Virus record (IMG/VR): IMGVR_UViG_2541047860_000002
Reading direction: 5' to 3' (one strand)
Source of the DNA: a virus
Lineage: Duplodnaviria; Heunggongvirae; Uroviricota; Caudoviricetes
DNA length: 64,000 nt
Shown: positions 1-10,810 of the stretch, one piece after another
Layout: every line of letters begins with the position of its first letter
How positions within the stretch are numbered: position 1 is the first letter of the stretch
Notes under the pieces: model-generated
Database searches by the model: none
What the model was told of the DNA's origin: nothing
Seen by the model: the letters and a program-made list of their open reading frames with translations, nothing else
Program-made: the position numbers and the translations under genes

Positions 1-1459
1 CTGGTACCGAGTTCTCTTAAACCAAGGTATTGGATAACAGCCAGTGTGCTTGTTTTAGCCAGAATATCGCGACCGACTGACGTTAAATCAGTCTGCGCTA
101 CCGTATCCTTACCGGTGAAATAAGGCAGTTTGTTTGCACCAGTCGCAAGACCAGCGAGCGCGGTTAAAGTTGCATCCAGAGGCTGTTTGCCTGCCAGCGC
201 ATTTGTCATGGTTGTCGCAAAGTTCGGGTCATTGCCCAATGCTGCTGCAAGCTCATTCAGGGTATCAAGAGCTTCAGGTGATGAGCCGACCAATGCAGAG
301 ATAGCAGCCCGTACGTAAGCAGTCGTAGCGATCTGCGTATTGTTTGTGCCCTGTGCGGCGGTCGGCGCAGTAGGGACACCCGTTAATGCAGGGCTTGCCA
401 AAGGCGCTTTGAGAGCCAGGGCATTGTTGATAGTTGTGCTGAAATTCGGGTCGTTATTGATCGCAGCCGCTATTTCTTTCAACGTATCCAATGTGCTAGG
501 CGCACCGTTGATAAGTGTCGTTATAGCTGCCTTAACAAAGGCTGTATTTGCAATCTGCGTGCTATTTGTGCCTTGTGAGGCCGTAGGCGCTGTCGGTGTA
601 CCTGTAAACGCCGGGCTTGCCAAAGGAGCTTTAAGAGCCAGTGCGTTATTGATAGTTTCGCTGAACTTTGGGTCGTTATTGATGGCTGCTGCAATTTCTT
701 TCAGCGTGTCCATCGTTCCCGGAGCACCATTGATAAGCGCATTTATAGCAGCATAGACAAAGGCCGCATTTGCGATCTGTGTGTTGTTTGTACCGGGTTC
801 AGGTGTTGGCGAAGTCGGCGTACCTGACAGATGCGGACTATCGAGCGGAGCTTTTGTATCAACCAAATCATGGAGAGTTTTGACAGCCAGAGGTGTAGCC
901 GCTTTTCTTTCTTCTGTACTGCTTATTTCATTAGAGAATTCGACACCAACAGCACGGTTAACCCGGTATTTAAGCACAATCATTTCTTTAGTCACAGCCG
1001 TTGCGCCGCTAGGCACGATAACTCGACATAATTCAATTTGATTCTGCCCAATAGTATTGTCCGTACGCGCGTAAATTCTTGCAGCACTGACAGAAGATGC
1101 GCTATCTACCTGTGTCGTTTTTACACCATGTTCAAAATTGGCTTCCAGCACAATAATGTTGGTAGCCCCTGCCTTTACCGAGACAGTCACATCTTCTATT
1201 TGCTGAACGGATATCTGAACATTATTCACATCTACTGAAGCAGCCCCTTTACCTTCTGAATTTTCAGAAGTTATACGGACGCTCAACCCTGTGCCGGGAA
1301 CTGGTTCAAATCCACAGTAAAAGCCAGGCAAAACAATATTTTTTAGTTTTCTGTTAAGAGCCGAACTACTATAGAGTTCGAAATATTGAACATCAGCAAG
1401 CAAAGGCTGTGAGACACCAGAGGATAGTGTCATTATGTTGTTCGTTTTATCAGCCCCCA
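1..1459 (-). CDS. Phage tail fibre protein, partial (start codon at 1459, 3' end runs off the window)
   Basis: Minus-strand translation from ATG 1459 gives three ~43-aa repeats (SPxFTGTPTAPT..GTNxTQIANTAFV..LINGAP.TLDTLKEIAAAINNDPxF) and a C-terminal LPYFTGKDTVAQTDLTSVGRDILAK motif typical of side tail fibres; no in-window stop, so absent from ORF track. Confidence 0.8.
180..830. repeat. Tandem ~129-bp coding repeats inside the tail fibre gene
   Basis: Three near-identical nucleotide blocks visible by eye; they generate the spurious plus-strand ORFs 130..318, 340..756, 781..1041. Confidence 0.5.
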
Positions 1460-1462
1460 TAA

Positions 1463-1909
1463 TCAACCCTCAACTTGCTCGATTGTCATGAGAATACTGT
1501 AACGTTTACCTTTATAGAGGGTATCTTGCTGGGTGCAAAGCACACCAAAAGCCTGTTCCTCAGCATCAACAAGCACAAGCGTGTTAAAGTCGTAAGGCGT
1601 GTTATCCGGCATTCTTTCTTGAGGGAAGGCTGCATTGATAGTGATAATCCCATCCACGCTGGACAATATCAGATCGGACACGGCAAACTGTTGAGCGTCA
1701 CTCAATTTAAAATCGAGTGGAATGTCCGCTATATTCCAGCCTCCTGCACCATTAGCAGTTACCAGACTAGATTTGCACCAATACGCCTTAGAGATAACAA
1801 AACGCGCACCTTTGCCGATCGCCGACTCTGCGCGGCGTGAATAATAGTAGGAAAGCAATTGCGCCTTATACAGGCGGTTACCATCTCTTGCCTTTAAATT
1901 TTCAGCCAT
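1463..1909 (-). CDS. Hypothetical protein immediately upstream of tail fibre gene (tail fibre operon)
   Basis: 148-aa ORF, position only. Confidence 0.4.
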   Translation of the reverse strand: MAENLKARDGNRLYKAQLLSYYYSRRAESAIGKGARFVISKAYWCKSSLVTANGAGGWNIADIPLDFKLSDAQQFAVSDLILSSVDGIITINAAFPQERMPDNTPYDFNTLVLVDAEEQAFGVLCTQQDTLYKGKRYSILMTIEQVEG

Positions 1910-2003
1910 ACGAACATAGCCCCTTCATAAGCAATGAACCAAAGGAGAGTATGCTCAGTTTGTGATTTCCGTTGTTCTTCCCCCAAATGCGGGGGAAGAA
2001 TTA

Positions 2004-2849
2004 TTAAACAGGTTGAAGGTGGTAATCCAAAGGCCACGCATCGAGTGGGGTTACATCAAGATGTAATTGCTTTTCTGCCGTTCGGTTCGGTATGGCGTTA
2101 AGAGAAATATTGTCTACCTGGCAGGAGGTATCACTACGGGATAGCACATCAGCCATACTCTCAGTAACATAAACACCTTCAATTACCGAAACATCCGTAG
2201 ACAAGCAATTTAGTATTTCTGCCACTTCAGGGAATACAGCACTAAGCCGAAACGAGACGCCATCAAAAACAATATGCAATGGCAACAAAGGGGCTATTAC
2301 TGTTTCGAAGTCAGATAACAATTTCTGCACAGCCGCCTCTTTATCCTGCTCTCCATATGAGCGATATAGCTTGTTCTGATCAACAACGACCAGCCCCCTT
2401 GATGTCAGGAAGAACTCACCGAATTGAGCCTGTGCCGTAGGTATTTCTATTTCGGTCGCAAAATATGAACCATAGGGGTGTTTTTCTATATTTACAGGTG
2501 CATACAGCGGTTCCCAACTAACAGGAATACAACCGAATTCACGCCAGAATGTCTGCTCAATTGGCAAGATAGTGCCTTTAAAGTGCACTTCATCTAAACG
2601 TTGTGCCAGCAGCATTGGCCTACGAGCCTTATCTTTTTCAGTGATAACGAAAAAACGCCCGTATTCAGCAATGCGGGCATCCATATCCTCACTGTCCATA
2701 GTGAAGAAGGATTTTCTGTTACTTATTCTTGTTAATATTGGTTCTACTGCCTCATTCCAGACATCCTGTAAAGCGTCTATAAATGCACTCCAGAGATGTG
2801 AATCCTGTTTTACTTTAGTTAATCGTTCCTTAAGCCAATTATCTTTCAT
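2004..2849 (-). CDS. Hypothetical tail/baseplate protein
   Basis: 281-aa ORF co-oriented in morphogenesis block. Confidence 0.4.
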   Translation of the reverse strand: MKDNWLKERLTKVKQDSHLWSAFIDALQDVWNEAVEPILTRISNRKSFFTMDSEDMDARIAEYGRFFVITEKDKARRPMLLAQRLDEVHFKGTILPIEQTFWREFGCIPVSWEPLYAPVNIEKHPYGSYFATEIEIPTAQAQFGEFFLTSRGLVVVDQNKLYRSYGEQDKEAAVQKLLSDFETVIAPLLPLHIVFDGVSFRLSAVFPEVAEILNCLSTDVSVIEGVYVTESMADVLSRSDTSCQVDNISLNAIPNRTAEKQLHLDVTPLDAWPLDYHLQPV

Positions 2850-2859
2850 GCTAACCTCA

Positions 2860-4290
2860 TTACGGGTAAGAAATACTGAACGTTGAAGATTTCACGTCAA
2901 GATAAATGAAGTCATTAAAGTAAACTGCATCTTTCATATTTTGTATTGTTATGTCATAAGAGAGAAACATATCCAGCGACTCTATTACTCGCCAAATATC
3001 TTTAACTTTTACCTGTGCATAACATTGCTGAGAATCATCATCACTCTGTAGTAATAAACTGAATGATGACGAATCACGACCAAAATTATCTTCCAACGCT
3101 GCTTTAATAGCATTTTGAGCGTCGTCTATCAGAACATTTTTACGTGCAATACCTGTAAATTTTATAGTAAATGGTTGTTCATTTGTATCTACATACTCAA
3201 ACCGCTTGTTCAACTCATTTGGAACATTCTCTAGAGCTTTCAGTATTTCTGATTTTAGCTGAGCCTGGCTTACACCTGGCTTATGTCCGCAAAAGAAAAT
3301 CTTGTTGATGTTTCGAACGTCAAACCCAGTTATTTTCTCTTGTAACGCTTCGCCCCAAACGTTCAACCATGAAGTTCCATGAACAACATTCTGAATGAAT
3401 TGGCGATAATCACCGCCCCATACCACTTGTTCATCGTATGCAACATAATACTGAGCACGATTTCGAGTTTCTTCTGTAGTTTCCATACCACTACCACCGG
3501 TAATGATCGAATCAGTTTTAAACTCTAGTGACTCCACATATTGAGCGATATTTCCAGCCGGTTCTAACTTTTGTCCTTCAGCCAAAGTATAGTCGCCAAG
3601 GCTAGCCATAACATCGATTCGAACCTGACAGCCTGCTGGAGGCATCATACCCATAGAACCATCACCAAACTTGACTCCTAGTTGTTCTGTAGGTTTATAT
3701 GCCAATGAATAGTGCTTACTCTTGTCTCTGGACATTCTAAATAATGGGTTATATGTCCATTTTTCTTCTACGCCATCTGTAATAACATAAACATCCAGGC
3801 TGGAGACTTCTTTTGTTAACTCTCTGGAAAGCAACAATGTCAGAAATAAAGTTTCCTTCTCAATATCAAATGTAACGCTAACAGCTTCATGCTGTTTAGT
3901 TTCTACGCCAGAAACAGTTCCTCCAGCAGGAATTACAACACTATTAATAATTGCCAAAGGTGTTTGGTCATTGGCAAGCAATTCAGCCCCGGCTGGTAAC
4001 GTAATATCCCGATCAGTTTTATTAGTTATAGACGTTGTTCCGTATGAAGCACTAACAAATCGCCCTACGTAACTACGGTCTTCAGCAACCGCTAAAATAC
4101 TTGAGCGGCGCGTAGCCGTTGAAATAAGTCCCTCAGTGAGGCCGCGGCTTGCAAATGTACGAGCAATATAAATAAGCTGTGATCCGAATATAGCGTGCAT
4201 CTGCACAAACTGACTATTTACAAATCGTGACCACCATGTGTTTTCATTTAACTTAGCGTTAAATTTATCCAGTAATTCTGTAATCGTCAC
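2860..4290 (-). CDS. Baseplate protein, gpJ-like
   Basis: 476-aa ORF; size, position next to gp25-like gene and overall resemblance to baseplate J family. Confidence 0.5.
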   Translation of the reverse strand: MTITELLDKFNAKLNENTWWSRFVNSQFVQMHAIFGSQLIYIARTFASRGLTEGLISTATRRSSILAVAEDRSYVGRFVSASYGTTSITNKTDRDITLPAGAELLANDQTPLAIINSVVIPAGGTVSGVETKQHEAVSVTFDIEKETLFLTLLLSRELTKEVSSLDVYVITDGVEEKWTYNPLFRMSRDKSKHYSLAYKPTEQLGVKFGDGSMGMMPPAGCQVRIDVMASLGDYTLAEGQKLEPAGNIAQYVESLEFKTDSIITGGSGMETTEETRNRAQYYVAYDEQVVWGGDYRQFIQNVVHGTSWLNVWGEALQEKITGFDVRNINKIFFCGHKPGVSQAQLKSEILKALENVPNELNKRFEYVDTNEQPFTIKFTGIARKNVLIDDAQNAIKAALEDNFGRDSSSFSLLLQSDDDSQQCYAQVKVKDIWRVIESLDMFLSYDITIQNMKDAVYFNDFIYLDVKSSTFSISYP

Positions 4291-4661
4291 GCGCCCACCC
4301 CACTTGATTTCTGCATAACAATATCCATGCTCCCACCTTTCGCATAAAAACTAATTAATAAAGAATCTTCAGAAATTGATGTGCAACGAATCCCCTCCAC
4401 ATCCAAACCTGGCAAGTCTTGTCGTAGTTTTTTCATCATTCTCCCTTCAATAGCCACTTCAACTATGTGCGAAGTTTCAGAGCCGAATGGTTCATGCTTA
4501 AATTCTTCCATTGGATTCCCCCAAGAGGGTAAACCATAAACACTCCCTTCAGGGGTTCGTAGCCACTCGTCAAGTCGGGCCATCCATGCTGCGGTACTTC
4601 CTTCTGCAATAATGACACCGCTCTCATTCGTTTGAAGTCTTGCGTCTATTTCATAAAGCAT
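4287..4661 (-). CDS. Baseplate wedge protein, gpW/gp25-like
   Basis: 124-aa ORF overlapping downstream gene start by 4 nt; size and context. Confidence 0.45.
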   Translation of the reverse strand: MLYEIDARLQTNESGVIIAEGSTAAWMARLDEWLRTPEGSVYGLPSWGNPMEEFKHEPFGSETSHIVEVAIEGRMMKKLRQDLPGLDVEGIRCTSISEDSLLISFYAKGGSMDIVMQKSSGVGA

Positions 4662-4666
4662 CTGTA

Positions 4667-7600
4667 TTAATCCTCAAGCAGAGCATCCAGCGACGGGTCA
4701 TTAATAGTTGTGCTAGCACGTGGTCGCGGTTGCGGCTGCGATGTTTTGACAACCTTATCCGGATCGCCTTTTGTATTGTTCTTGTTCACATTCAGAAGGT
4801 CGTTCAGGATAGAGCAGATGTTATCCAGCGCCTTCAACATAGCAGGATCGTTATTTATAGTGTCAGTAGTTAATGGTTGTCTTATTCCGCTTCGTGCGAG
4901 ATCTGTTACAGTAGGAAGCTGTGGTGGCATAGCAAGAAAAGGTTCTTGCACGGCTGACGCAGAGCCAAATATGGCATTATTGGCTTCGTTTGATATACCT
5001 CTAATGCTATCTGCGGTTTGTTGAATACCATTATTCAGCCAACTACCGGCGCTCCTGGTAAGCGGGCTAATAGCCCTAGCAATTGTTGAGTTCTGCCCAG
5101 TAGCCTGATAAACCAAATCATTAACAATGCCAGTGCCATCTACCCCACCAATAAGTCGTGAAACGTTATCGCCAATTGCAGGTAACACAGCAGAGCTAAT
5201 ACGTTTCAGACCTGTTAATGACGAGTCAAACAAAGAGCCAAGCACCCCCTTATCTTCACCATCAATTACCTTGTATCCATTGTCATAAACTGGAATCCCC
5301 CTTGAGTTTACAGAGATTTTTTCACTCTCACTTGCCGAAGAAACACCGGAAAGAAGATCCACTGAAGGCATATCGCGTTCAGCTTTTGGTCTTTTTTGTA
5401 AAGCGTCTCTTATATCAGTTACCTGGCTTGCTTTTTGAAATCCAAAAGATTTACCGGTTAAGCTGGATATCTTTTCAGTAAGAGCCTGATCCATTCCTTT
5501 CGCTTTTTCGGAAAGCGAAGATATAGAACCAAACGAAGTCGCCGACGCAAAATCCTTAATCAGGCCAAGGCTTGTACCAGCAAGGCTGGTAGCCGCACCT
5601 CCAAATAAATTACCTACCCCGCTGTCATTTATAGCGATTAATCTCTCAAGCAGACTTGATGGCGAGCCAGTATTAACATCAACATTCTCTGGATTAATCG
5701 GTTGCGATTGATTGCCTGTTTTTTGTGGCTTTTTGACTGCCTGGGCATGTTGTGCAACCTCAATTGGCTGTTGTGTTGCTGTCGGAACGGCATTCAAAAC
5801 TGGTTGAGCTGGAGATTTTCCATTAGCATATTTTACCTTGCGACCAACACTATATTGCGAATTGCGGGCAATTAGCTGACCACCATTTTCTTTCTGAATT
5901 TTATTAATCCGCGCCAATGTTTCGTCAGAGAATTGTCCCTCCCATCGACCAGTGTTTGTGTTAAATGCCCCAAGAGCATTCTTTATGAACTCATTGTTAA
6001 CCGCCGGGTTTCCACCTTCTTTCGTCGCTATTGCACGAACTAATTGCGTCATAACCTCTGGGTTGCTGACGTCTATTTTTTCATTAGGCGAGACGCCAAG
6101 ATATTTGCTGACGTTATCAATATATTGATTAGTATTGTTCTCCTTTGGGGGTGCCCATTTGGAAATAATACTGGATACCGTCTGTAGCTTCTGATACCCA
6201 GCGGCGGCGCTGGTGCCGTTGTAATAGCTTGACACCTGGTTTGCCAGCGCCCTGATCCCTTCTTCAGGCGTGTTAAATCGCGCAAAACGTTGTTCACCTT
6301 TTGCATTTGGTGCTTCCAGCGCCGCCCCTTCCTGATTAGCGAAAACAAGGTTGCCGAGGTTATTATTCCGGTAATTGCGGTTTTTAGCGTTGCTGCCACC
6401 AATATTCAGATCCGCTGCAATGGTGTTGCTGGCAGGGGCATTAAATTCAGCCGGGGAAGTATACCCGTGCTCACCAACACCATCTTCACCATCACGCCCG
6501 CCTTGTAGCTGCTCACCTAAAGAATGAATCGCATCGACGGTCTTCTTGGTGCCATCCTCAACCGCTTTTTTTACTTGTTTCGTGTTTTCGTCAGTGGATA
6601 AAAATGTATCCTTAAGGCTACCAAAAACAGATTTGGTGATATCTACTGCACCGTTAACACCACGAGCAATATCTCCGGTATCAAAATTCTGAAGTTTTTC
6701 ACCAGCTCTTTCAAATCCTAGCGCAGAAATTCCTTTCCCTATCAAGTTTGTTGCGCCCGACACCAAGCCCCCCATATCGAGCACATTAGCTGTTGCGTAA
6801 GCCGTTTTTTGCTGTTCGGATACAGCATCATCGTCACTTAAACCAAAGGCTGCCTTTTGCGCCTCTGTATCTGTGTAACCATCTATGGCGTCATATCCAG
6901 CCATTGCCAGCGAACCGATGATAGGGACCGCTCTTGCCGCTGTGGATGCTGCTGATTTAACACCTATTTTTGCAGCACTTTTGAGGGCTACAGATTCAGT
7001 TTTTTTCTTTGCAATGGCTTCGCCGGTTTTAATGGTAGTATCTTCAGCCACAACACCAGCTGACTTCACGGCCTTAGCAGTATTTTTTGTTTCCTTTGCA
7101 ATCCCCTTTGATGTATCGCTGATAGTGCTTACATCTTTGGGTTTGCTGATCTTATTTTTAACTGCTTTGGCTGTTCCGACACCAGTGCCAGCTGCAGCGC
7201 TACCGGCAGCAACTTTTTCGCCAACGGAGAGTGCTTTTTTCCCAAGATTGCGGCCTTTCCTTTTCGATTTGTTCCGTTTATTTTTTCCCGCCCGATCACC
7301 AATATTGATTTTATTTCTTCTGCTTGCTCGATTTTTCCAGAGATCACTTAAGCCGAACTTATTTCCAGAAGACACTGATTTCCGAAGCTTAACTATCTCG
7401 TCAGAAACATTTTCCAGACCATCAATTATTTTGTTGTCATTGGTCTGAAGGATTTTGGTTTGCTCTTCTACTGCTTGTGCGGATTTTGTCTCAACAGCGT
7501 TATTGAACGCTTTTGCAGATGTTGATTTTTGAGAATTCACCGCCGCCGGATAAGTAATTACTGGTGATATCGCTTTCGAGGTTGATGTTTCTTTTTTCCC

Positions 7601-8449
7601 CTTTTCTACCCATTCTTTAAGAGATTCTGCTTTACCTGTGATCTCTTTAGTTATGTCGTACATGCCACGAGCCGCCATCCATAACGGCCCACCAGCACCG
7701 ACACCAGCTGCATTTGTTAAAGACTCTTCACTGGAAGACTGATTGCCATCTACCCCCATAATGGAACCTAGCTTTCTGAGAAAGCCAGCTTGTAATTTTG
7801 CGTCGGCTTTACGTGCGTTCTGCAATTCTTTTTTTTTGGCTACATCCTCATTGCTTTTTTGGGATACAAAACGTCCATTACTATCCCGCAGCGGGCCTTT
7901 TAGACTTTGGGGGGATTGTGGTTCAAGAGGTGCTGAATTAGCAGCTACCGGTATAAAACCGTCCGATTTTCGGATGGTCTGACGTGATTGCACAGAGCGA
8001 ACACTTTCTGGTGTGTTCGTTGCAACGATAGAGCGGTCCACGGTTTGGTTTATCGTTGCCCTCTCCTTTTTAGCAGGGAGACGTTTTTTATATGGGTTAG
8101 TTTGGACATCTCTAACGCTATCAGATGTACTTTGCTCGTAGTCTTTACGCCTGCGTGATAGTCTGTTGCTAACTCTGCCTTGCCTTTCGTCCTGTTGAGT
8201 TATGGTTCTTGCCCCAGAAAGAATGGCGTCTTTTACCTCAGCAAGAGCTTTAAGTTCGTTTGTGCTCGCTTCCTGAATAGCGTCAATTATTGCGATACGG
8301 TCTTTATTTTCTTTCAAAATAACCTCTCTTTTACCAGCGCGATCAACGTTTCCCAGCTTGAGCTTTGTATTTTTCTTCCAGGGCTTTTGACATATGGAGT
8401 GCTCGCCATTGCGGTAATTGTTCAACGTCGCTAACGGGCTGATATCCAT
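4667..8449 (-). CDS. Large virion protein (Sit-like tape-measure / putative peptidoglycan-hydrolase domain)
   Basis: 1260-aa ORF, K/R-rich low-complexity stretches, central block (FARFNTPEEGIRALANQVSSYY..) resembling a muralytic domain; position as sit in P1. Confidence 0.5.
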   Translation of the reverse strand: MDISPLATLNNYRNGEHSICQKPWKKNTKLKLGNVDRAGKREVILKENKDRIAIIDAIQEASTNELKALAEVKDAILSGARTITQQDERQGRVSNRLSRRRKDYEQSTSDSVRDVQTNPYKKRLPAKKERATINQTVDRSIVATNTPESVRSVQSRQTIRKSDGFIPVAANSAPLEPQSPQSLKGPLRDSNGRFVSQKSNEDVAKKKELQNARKADAKLQAGFLRKLGSIMGVDGNQSSSEESLTNAAGVGAGGPLWMAARGMYDITKEITGKAESLKEWVEKGKKETSTSKAISPVITYPAAVNSQKSTSAKAFNNAVETKSAQAVEEQTKILQTNDNKIIDGLENVSDEIVKLRKSVSSGNKFGLSDLWKNRASRRNKINIGDRAGKNKRNKSKRKGRNLGKKALSVGEKVAAGSAAAGTGVGTAKAVKNKISKPKDVSTISDTSKGIAKETKNTAKAVKSAGVVAEDTTIKTGEAIAKKKTESVALKSAAKIGVKSAASTAARAVPIIGSLAMAGYDAIDGYTDTEAQKAAFGLSDDDAVSEQQKTAYATANVLDMGGLVSGATNLIGKGISALGFERAGEKLQNFDTGDIARGVNGAVDITKSVFGSLKDTFLSTDENTKQVKKAVEDGTKKTVDAIHSLGEQLQGGRDGEDGVGEHGYTSPAEFNAPASNTIAADLNIGGSNAKNRNYRNNNLGNLVFANQEGAALEAPNAKGEQRFARFNTPEEGIRALANQVSSYYNGTSAAAGYQKLQTVSSIISKWAPPKENNTNQYIDNVSKYLGVSPNEKIDVSNPEVMTQLVRAIATKEGGNPAVNNEFIKNALGAFNTNTGRWEGQFSDETLARINKIQKENGGQLIARNSQYSVGRKVKYANGKSPAQPVLNAVPTATQQPIEVAQHAQAVKKPQKTGNQSQPINPENVDVNTGSPSSLLERLIAINDSGVGNLFGGAATSLAGTSLGLIKDFASATSFGSISSLSEKAKGMDQALTEKISSLTGKSFGFQKASQVTDIRDALQKRPKAERDMPSVDLLSGVSSASESEKISVNSRGIPVYDNGYKVIDGEDKGVLGSLFDSSLTGLKRISSAVLPAIGDNVSRLIGGVDGTGIVNDLVYQATGQNSTIARAISPLTRSAGSWLNNGIQQTADSIRGISNEANNAIFGSASAVQEPFLAMPPQLPTVTDLARSGIRQPLTTDTINNDPAMLKALDNICSILNDLLNVNKNNTKGDPDKVVKTSQPQPRPRASTTINDPSLDALLED

Positions 8450-8463
8450 ATAGAGTCAGGTTG

Positions 8464-9285
8464 TTAATAATGGTTAGCCATCCATTCAGATCTAATTGAT
8501 GGGATAAACTCTCTATTGAGAAAGGGGACGTACAGTGTGGTTGTCACATCTGCACCCTCCTTAGCGTTTTTGCAATGTTGCGGAGGCAGGATCAGTCGGC
8601 TTGTGCCTCTCTCAATAGACATTTTCAGGCCGTGGCGTAGGTCTTTTTGCATAAGCTGTATGCGAGCCACAAGCGGTGTAAACTCGGTTTCAAGCGCCAT
8701 GCTTTCAATAATGTCAAAGCGTCGGTTAGCGGCCTGCGTGAAGTCCTCCGGATCGTCTTCAAGCGCCGTGCATAAAGCCAGTTCAGCAATCCGCATCCGT
8801 GCCACGCCAGCACTGTATTCGGGGCTTTTCATATCAGGAAGTGACGCTCGCATTCGTTCAAGGAGTTCCGCGCCTTTCCCGGTTAATGGTTTAAGTATCC
8901 AGTCTGTTGGTACTCCATTTACTGGTACGTTGGTTTTCACGTAAGGAGGTACGGTGAGTATTTCTACTGTTTGGGCCAGGTCGCTCAGGTTAATATCTGC
9001 ATGATGCGTATTACCGCAGTGACTGCACTCATAGGAGTAGGTCATTACTGCATCGGGGCGCGAATTAACAAATATCCACCAAAGAGCAGTTCTGCGATCC
9101 TGAACTGTCCAGTTAGCACTGTCGTTAATTTCACCATCCTGCATAGAGTTAAGGTACTCTGTAGTAGTTGCCTCATCTTCTGCCGGGTTCAGGTCAGAAT
9201 ATTTCAGCGCATCCTTCACGGTAGGGGCGTGGAACTGAATTTCTGTCTCAGGACGGGAAGGCAATGGGAATTTTGGAATGTTCAA
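8464..9285 (-). CDS. Hypothetical protein (CxxC..HH motif)
   Basis: 273-aa ORF. Confidence 0.4.
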   Translation of the reverse strand: MNIPKFPLPSRPETEIQFHAPTVKDALKYSDLNPAEDEATTTEYLNSMQDGEINDSANWTVQDRRTALWWIFVNSRPDAVMTYSYECSHCGNTHHADINLSDLAQTVEILTVPPYVKTNVPVNGVPTDWILKPLTGKGAELLERMRASLPDMKSPEYSAGVARMRIAELALCTALEDDPEDFTQAANRRFDIIESMALETEFTPLVARIQLMQKDLRHGLKMSIERGTSRLILPPQHCKNAKEGADVTTTLYVPFLNREFIPSIRSEWMANHY

Positions 9286-9531
9286 GTATTCCTCCGAAAA
9301 GCAGGTATCTGTTCATTTTCCAGAGGATAGGGAGTGTGTGATTTGCGATGGGGATTGAATGAAGATCTTTGCCGGTCGAGAAGCGATTATTGAGGGTGAT
9401 TTTTACACCTTAAGTGACGCTACTCACATATCCACAGAGTATTTTTATAAACCTTTTTCCATTTTTAATCCTTTTTAGATCCTTTTTAGGCGTCGCTGGA
9501 GCCAGTAGTGGCGCGGGCTGTAGAGGAGGCT

Positions 9532-9650
9532 GGTGTAAGATTTGCCCTCAATTAAATACGATCGGTGTAAGATTTGCCCTCAAAAGGTGTAAGATTTGCC
9601 CTCAAAAGGTGTAGTAATTGCCCTCAAAGTGATGTAAAAATTGCCCTCAC
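9532..9650 (+). repeat. Iteron array (oriV) upstream of repA: five direct 20-bp repeats
   Basis: GGTGTAAGATTTGCCCTCAA at 9532, 9564, 9586; GGTGTAGTAATTGCCCTCAA at 9608; GATGTAAAAATTGCCCTCAC at 9631; 22-23 bp phasing for the last four; DnaA-box-like ATATCCACA at ~9426. Confidence 0.8.
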
Positions 9651-9673
9651 CATTTGAAGGATCACACAGGGTT

Positions 9674-10429
9674 ATGAACAGAGCGGAATTAACAGCAAAA
9701 GCCGTCAGCCTGATTGAGTCAGCGACACCTATTAGTCGTAGTTTGGCACAAGCCAATGAGATCACGGAGGCTGCTTATCACCTGACTCGCGACCAAAAGC
9801 GACTGTTGTTTATTGTGGTGGGAAGACTTCGCTATGCTTCTAAGGATGGCGTTCTTGGTTCAGGTGCCTGTGAGTTGACGGTCAACGAATATGCAGAGAT
9901 GTATAATTTGCCCTCTGCTGAAGCCAGCAAGGATATTCGTAAGGCCATTTCAGGGCTTAGCGAGAAGAAAGTTACGATATATAACCCTGATGAATCGACC
10001 GAATCAGAAGACAGTTATGAGTCTTATCCTTGGATGATTAAGGATGCCTATTCACCACGGCGCGGGACTTACATTATTCATCTTAATCCATATCTCATGC
10101 CGTTTTTTACTCTGCTTGATAAGAGATTCACAAGGCTGAATTTTACCGAAGTATCTCGCCTTACAAATCCTTATTCTATGCGGCTTTATGAGTCCTTATG
10201 CCAGTACAGGAAGGATGATGGAAGCGGCTTTGCCATACTTGGCGTCGAATGGATGCGGGAGCGTTATGGGTTACCAAAAAGCTATCAGCGGTATGCCGAA
10301 TTTAAGAGAAGTTTTTTAACGAAGGCTGTAGCAGAGATTGAAAAAAATACAAAAATGAAAATAGTCTTCTCAGAGGTGACGGAAGGCGGCAAAGTTACCA
10401 GGATAAAATTTACCTATCAGCAGTCTTAA
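9674..10429 (+). CDS. repA: Replication initiator RepA (Rep_3 family, iteron-binding)
   Basis: NPYSMRLYESL and LTVNEYAEMYNL motifs characteristic of Rep_3 initiators; ORF track start 9641 is TTG inside the last iteron, ATG at 9674 preferred. Confidence 0.8.
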   Translation: MNRAELTAKAVSLIESATPISRSLAQANEITEAAYHLTRDQKRLLFIVVGRLRYASKDGVLGSGACELTVNEYAEMYNLPSAEASKDIRKAISGLSEKKVTIYNPDESTESEDSYESYPWMIKDAYSPRRGTYIIHLNPYLMPFFTLLDKRFTRLNFTEVSRLTNPYSMRLYESLCQYRKDDGSGFAILGVEWMRERYGLPKSYQRYAEFKRSFLTKAVAEIEKNTKMKIVFSEVTEGGKVTRIKFTYQQS

Positions 10430-10765
10430 GGGCAATTTTTACACCCCTCTCAAGGTGTAGAATTTGCCCTTAACGATCGGCAATTGAGGGCAATTTTTAC
10501 ATCTTAATTGCATGTATCTTGTTATTAGCAAGTTGTGTTTTTATATAACGTATTGATATATAAGGACTATGTAAAAATCGCCCTCAACCAATATCGTGCG
10601 TATCGTGCATTCTTATTGCGCTTTTTTATTATCATTCACTGTGTTAACTGATTGATATTATTGAAATGTGTAAAGAATGCCTTCATTACAGATGAATTGA
10701 TGATGTAAAAAATGCCCTCAAAATTGCGCTACCTTCCCTACCCGCTATCGTTGAGGGCGTGGGTG
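10427..10765. repeat. Second iteron cluster downstream of repA (copy-control array), both orientations
   Basis: Iteron-like units at 10427 (inverted), 10454, 10484 (inverted), ~10569, 10702, ~10751. Confidence 0.7.
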
Positions 10766-10810
10766 CTGGCGGGAAATGAGCAACCCTCCAGCACACATAA
10801 TTAAAGCTAT

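Noticed and set aside
130-1238. Plus-strand ORFs 130..318, 340..756, 781..1041, 831..1031, 1038..1238
   Set aside because: They lie antisense to the repeat-rich tail fibre gene, which has convincing tail-fibre motifs on the minus strand. Their repetitive Ala/Val-rich translations are by-products of the tandem coding repeats.
6885-7448. 187-aa plus-strand ORF within the Sit-like gene, and similar antisense ORFs in capsid (16178..16873, 16387..16818), dre (53629..54285) and pacA (57548..58113) regions
   Set aside because: Each is fully contained in a longer, better-supported gene on the opposite strand and has low-complexity composition.
9532-10765. CRISPR array interpretation of the 20-bp direct repeats
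   Set aside because: Units are spaced at 22-32 bp with no unique spacers of CRISPR length, occur in both orientations and flank a Rep_3 initiator gene; they are iterons.
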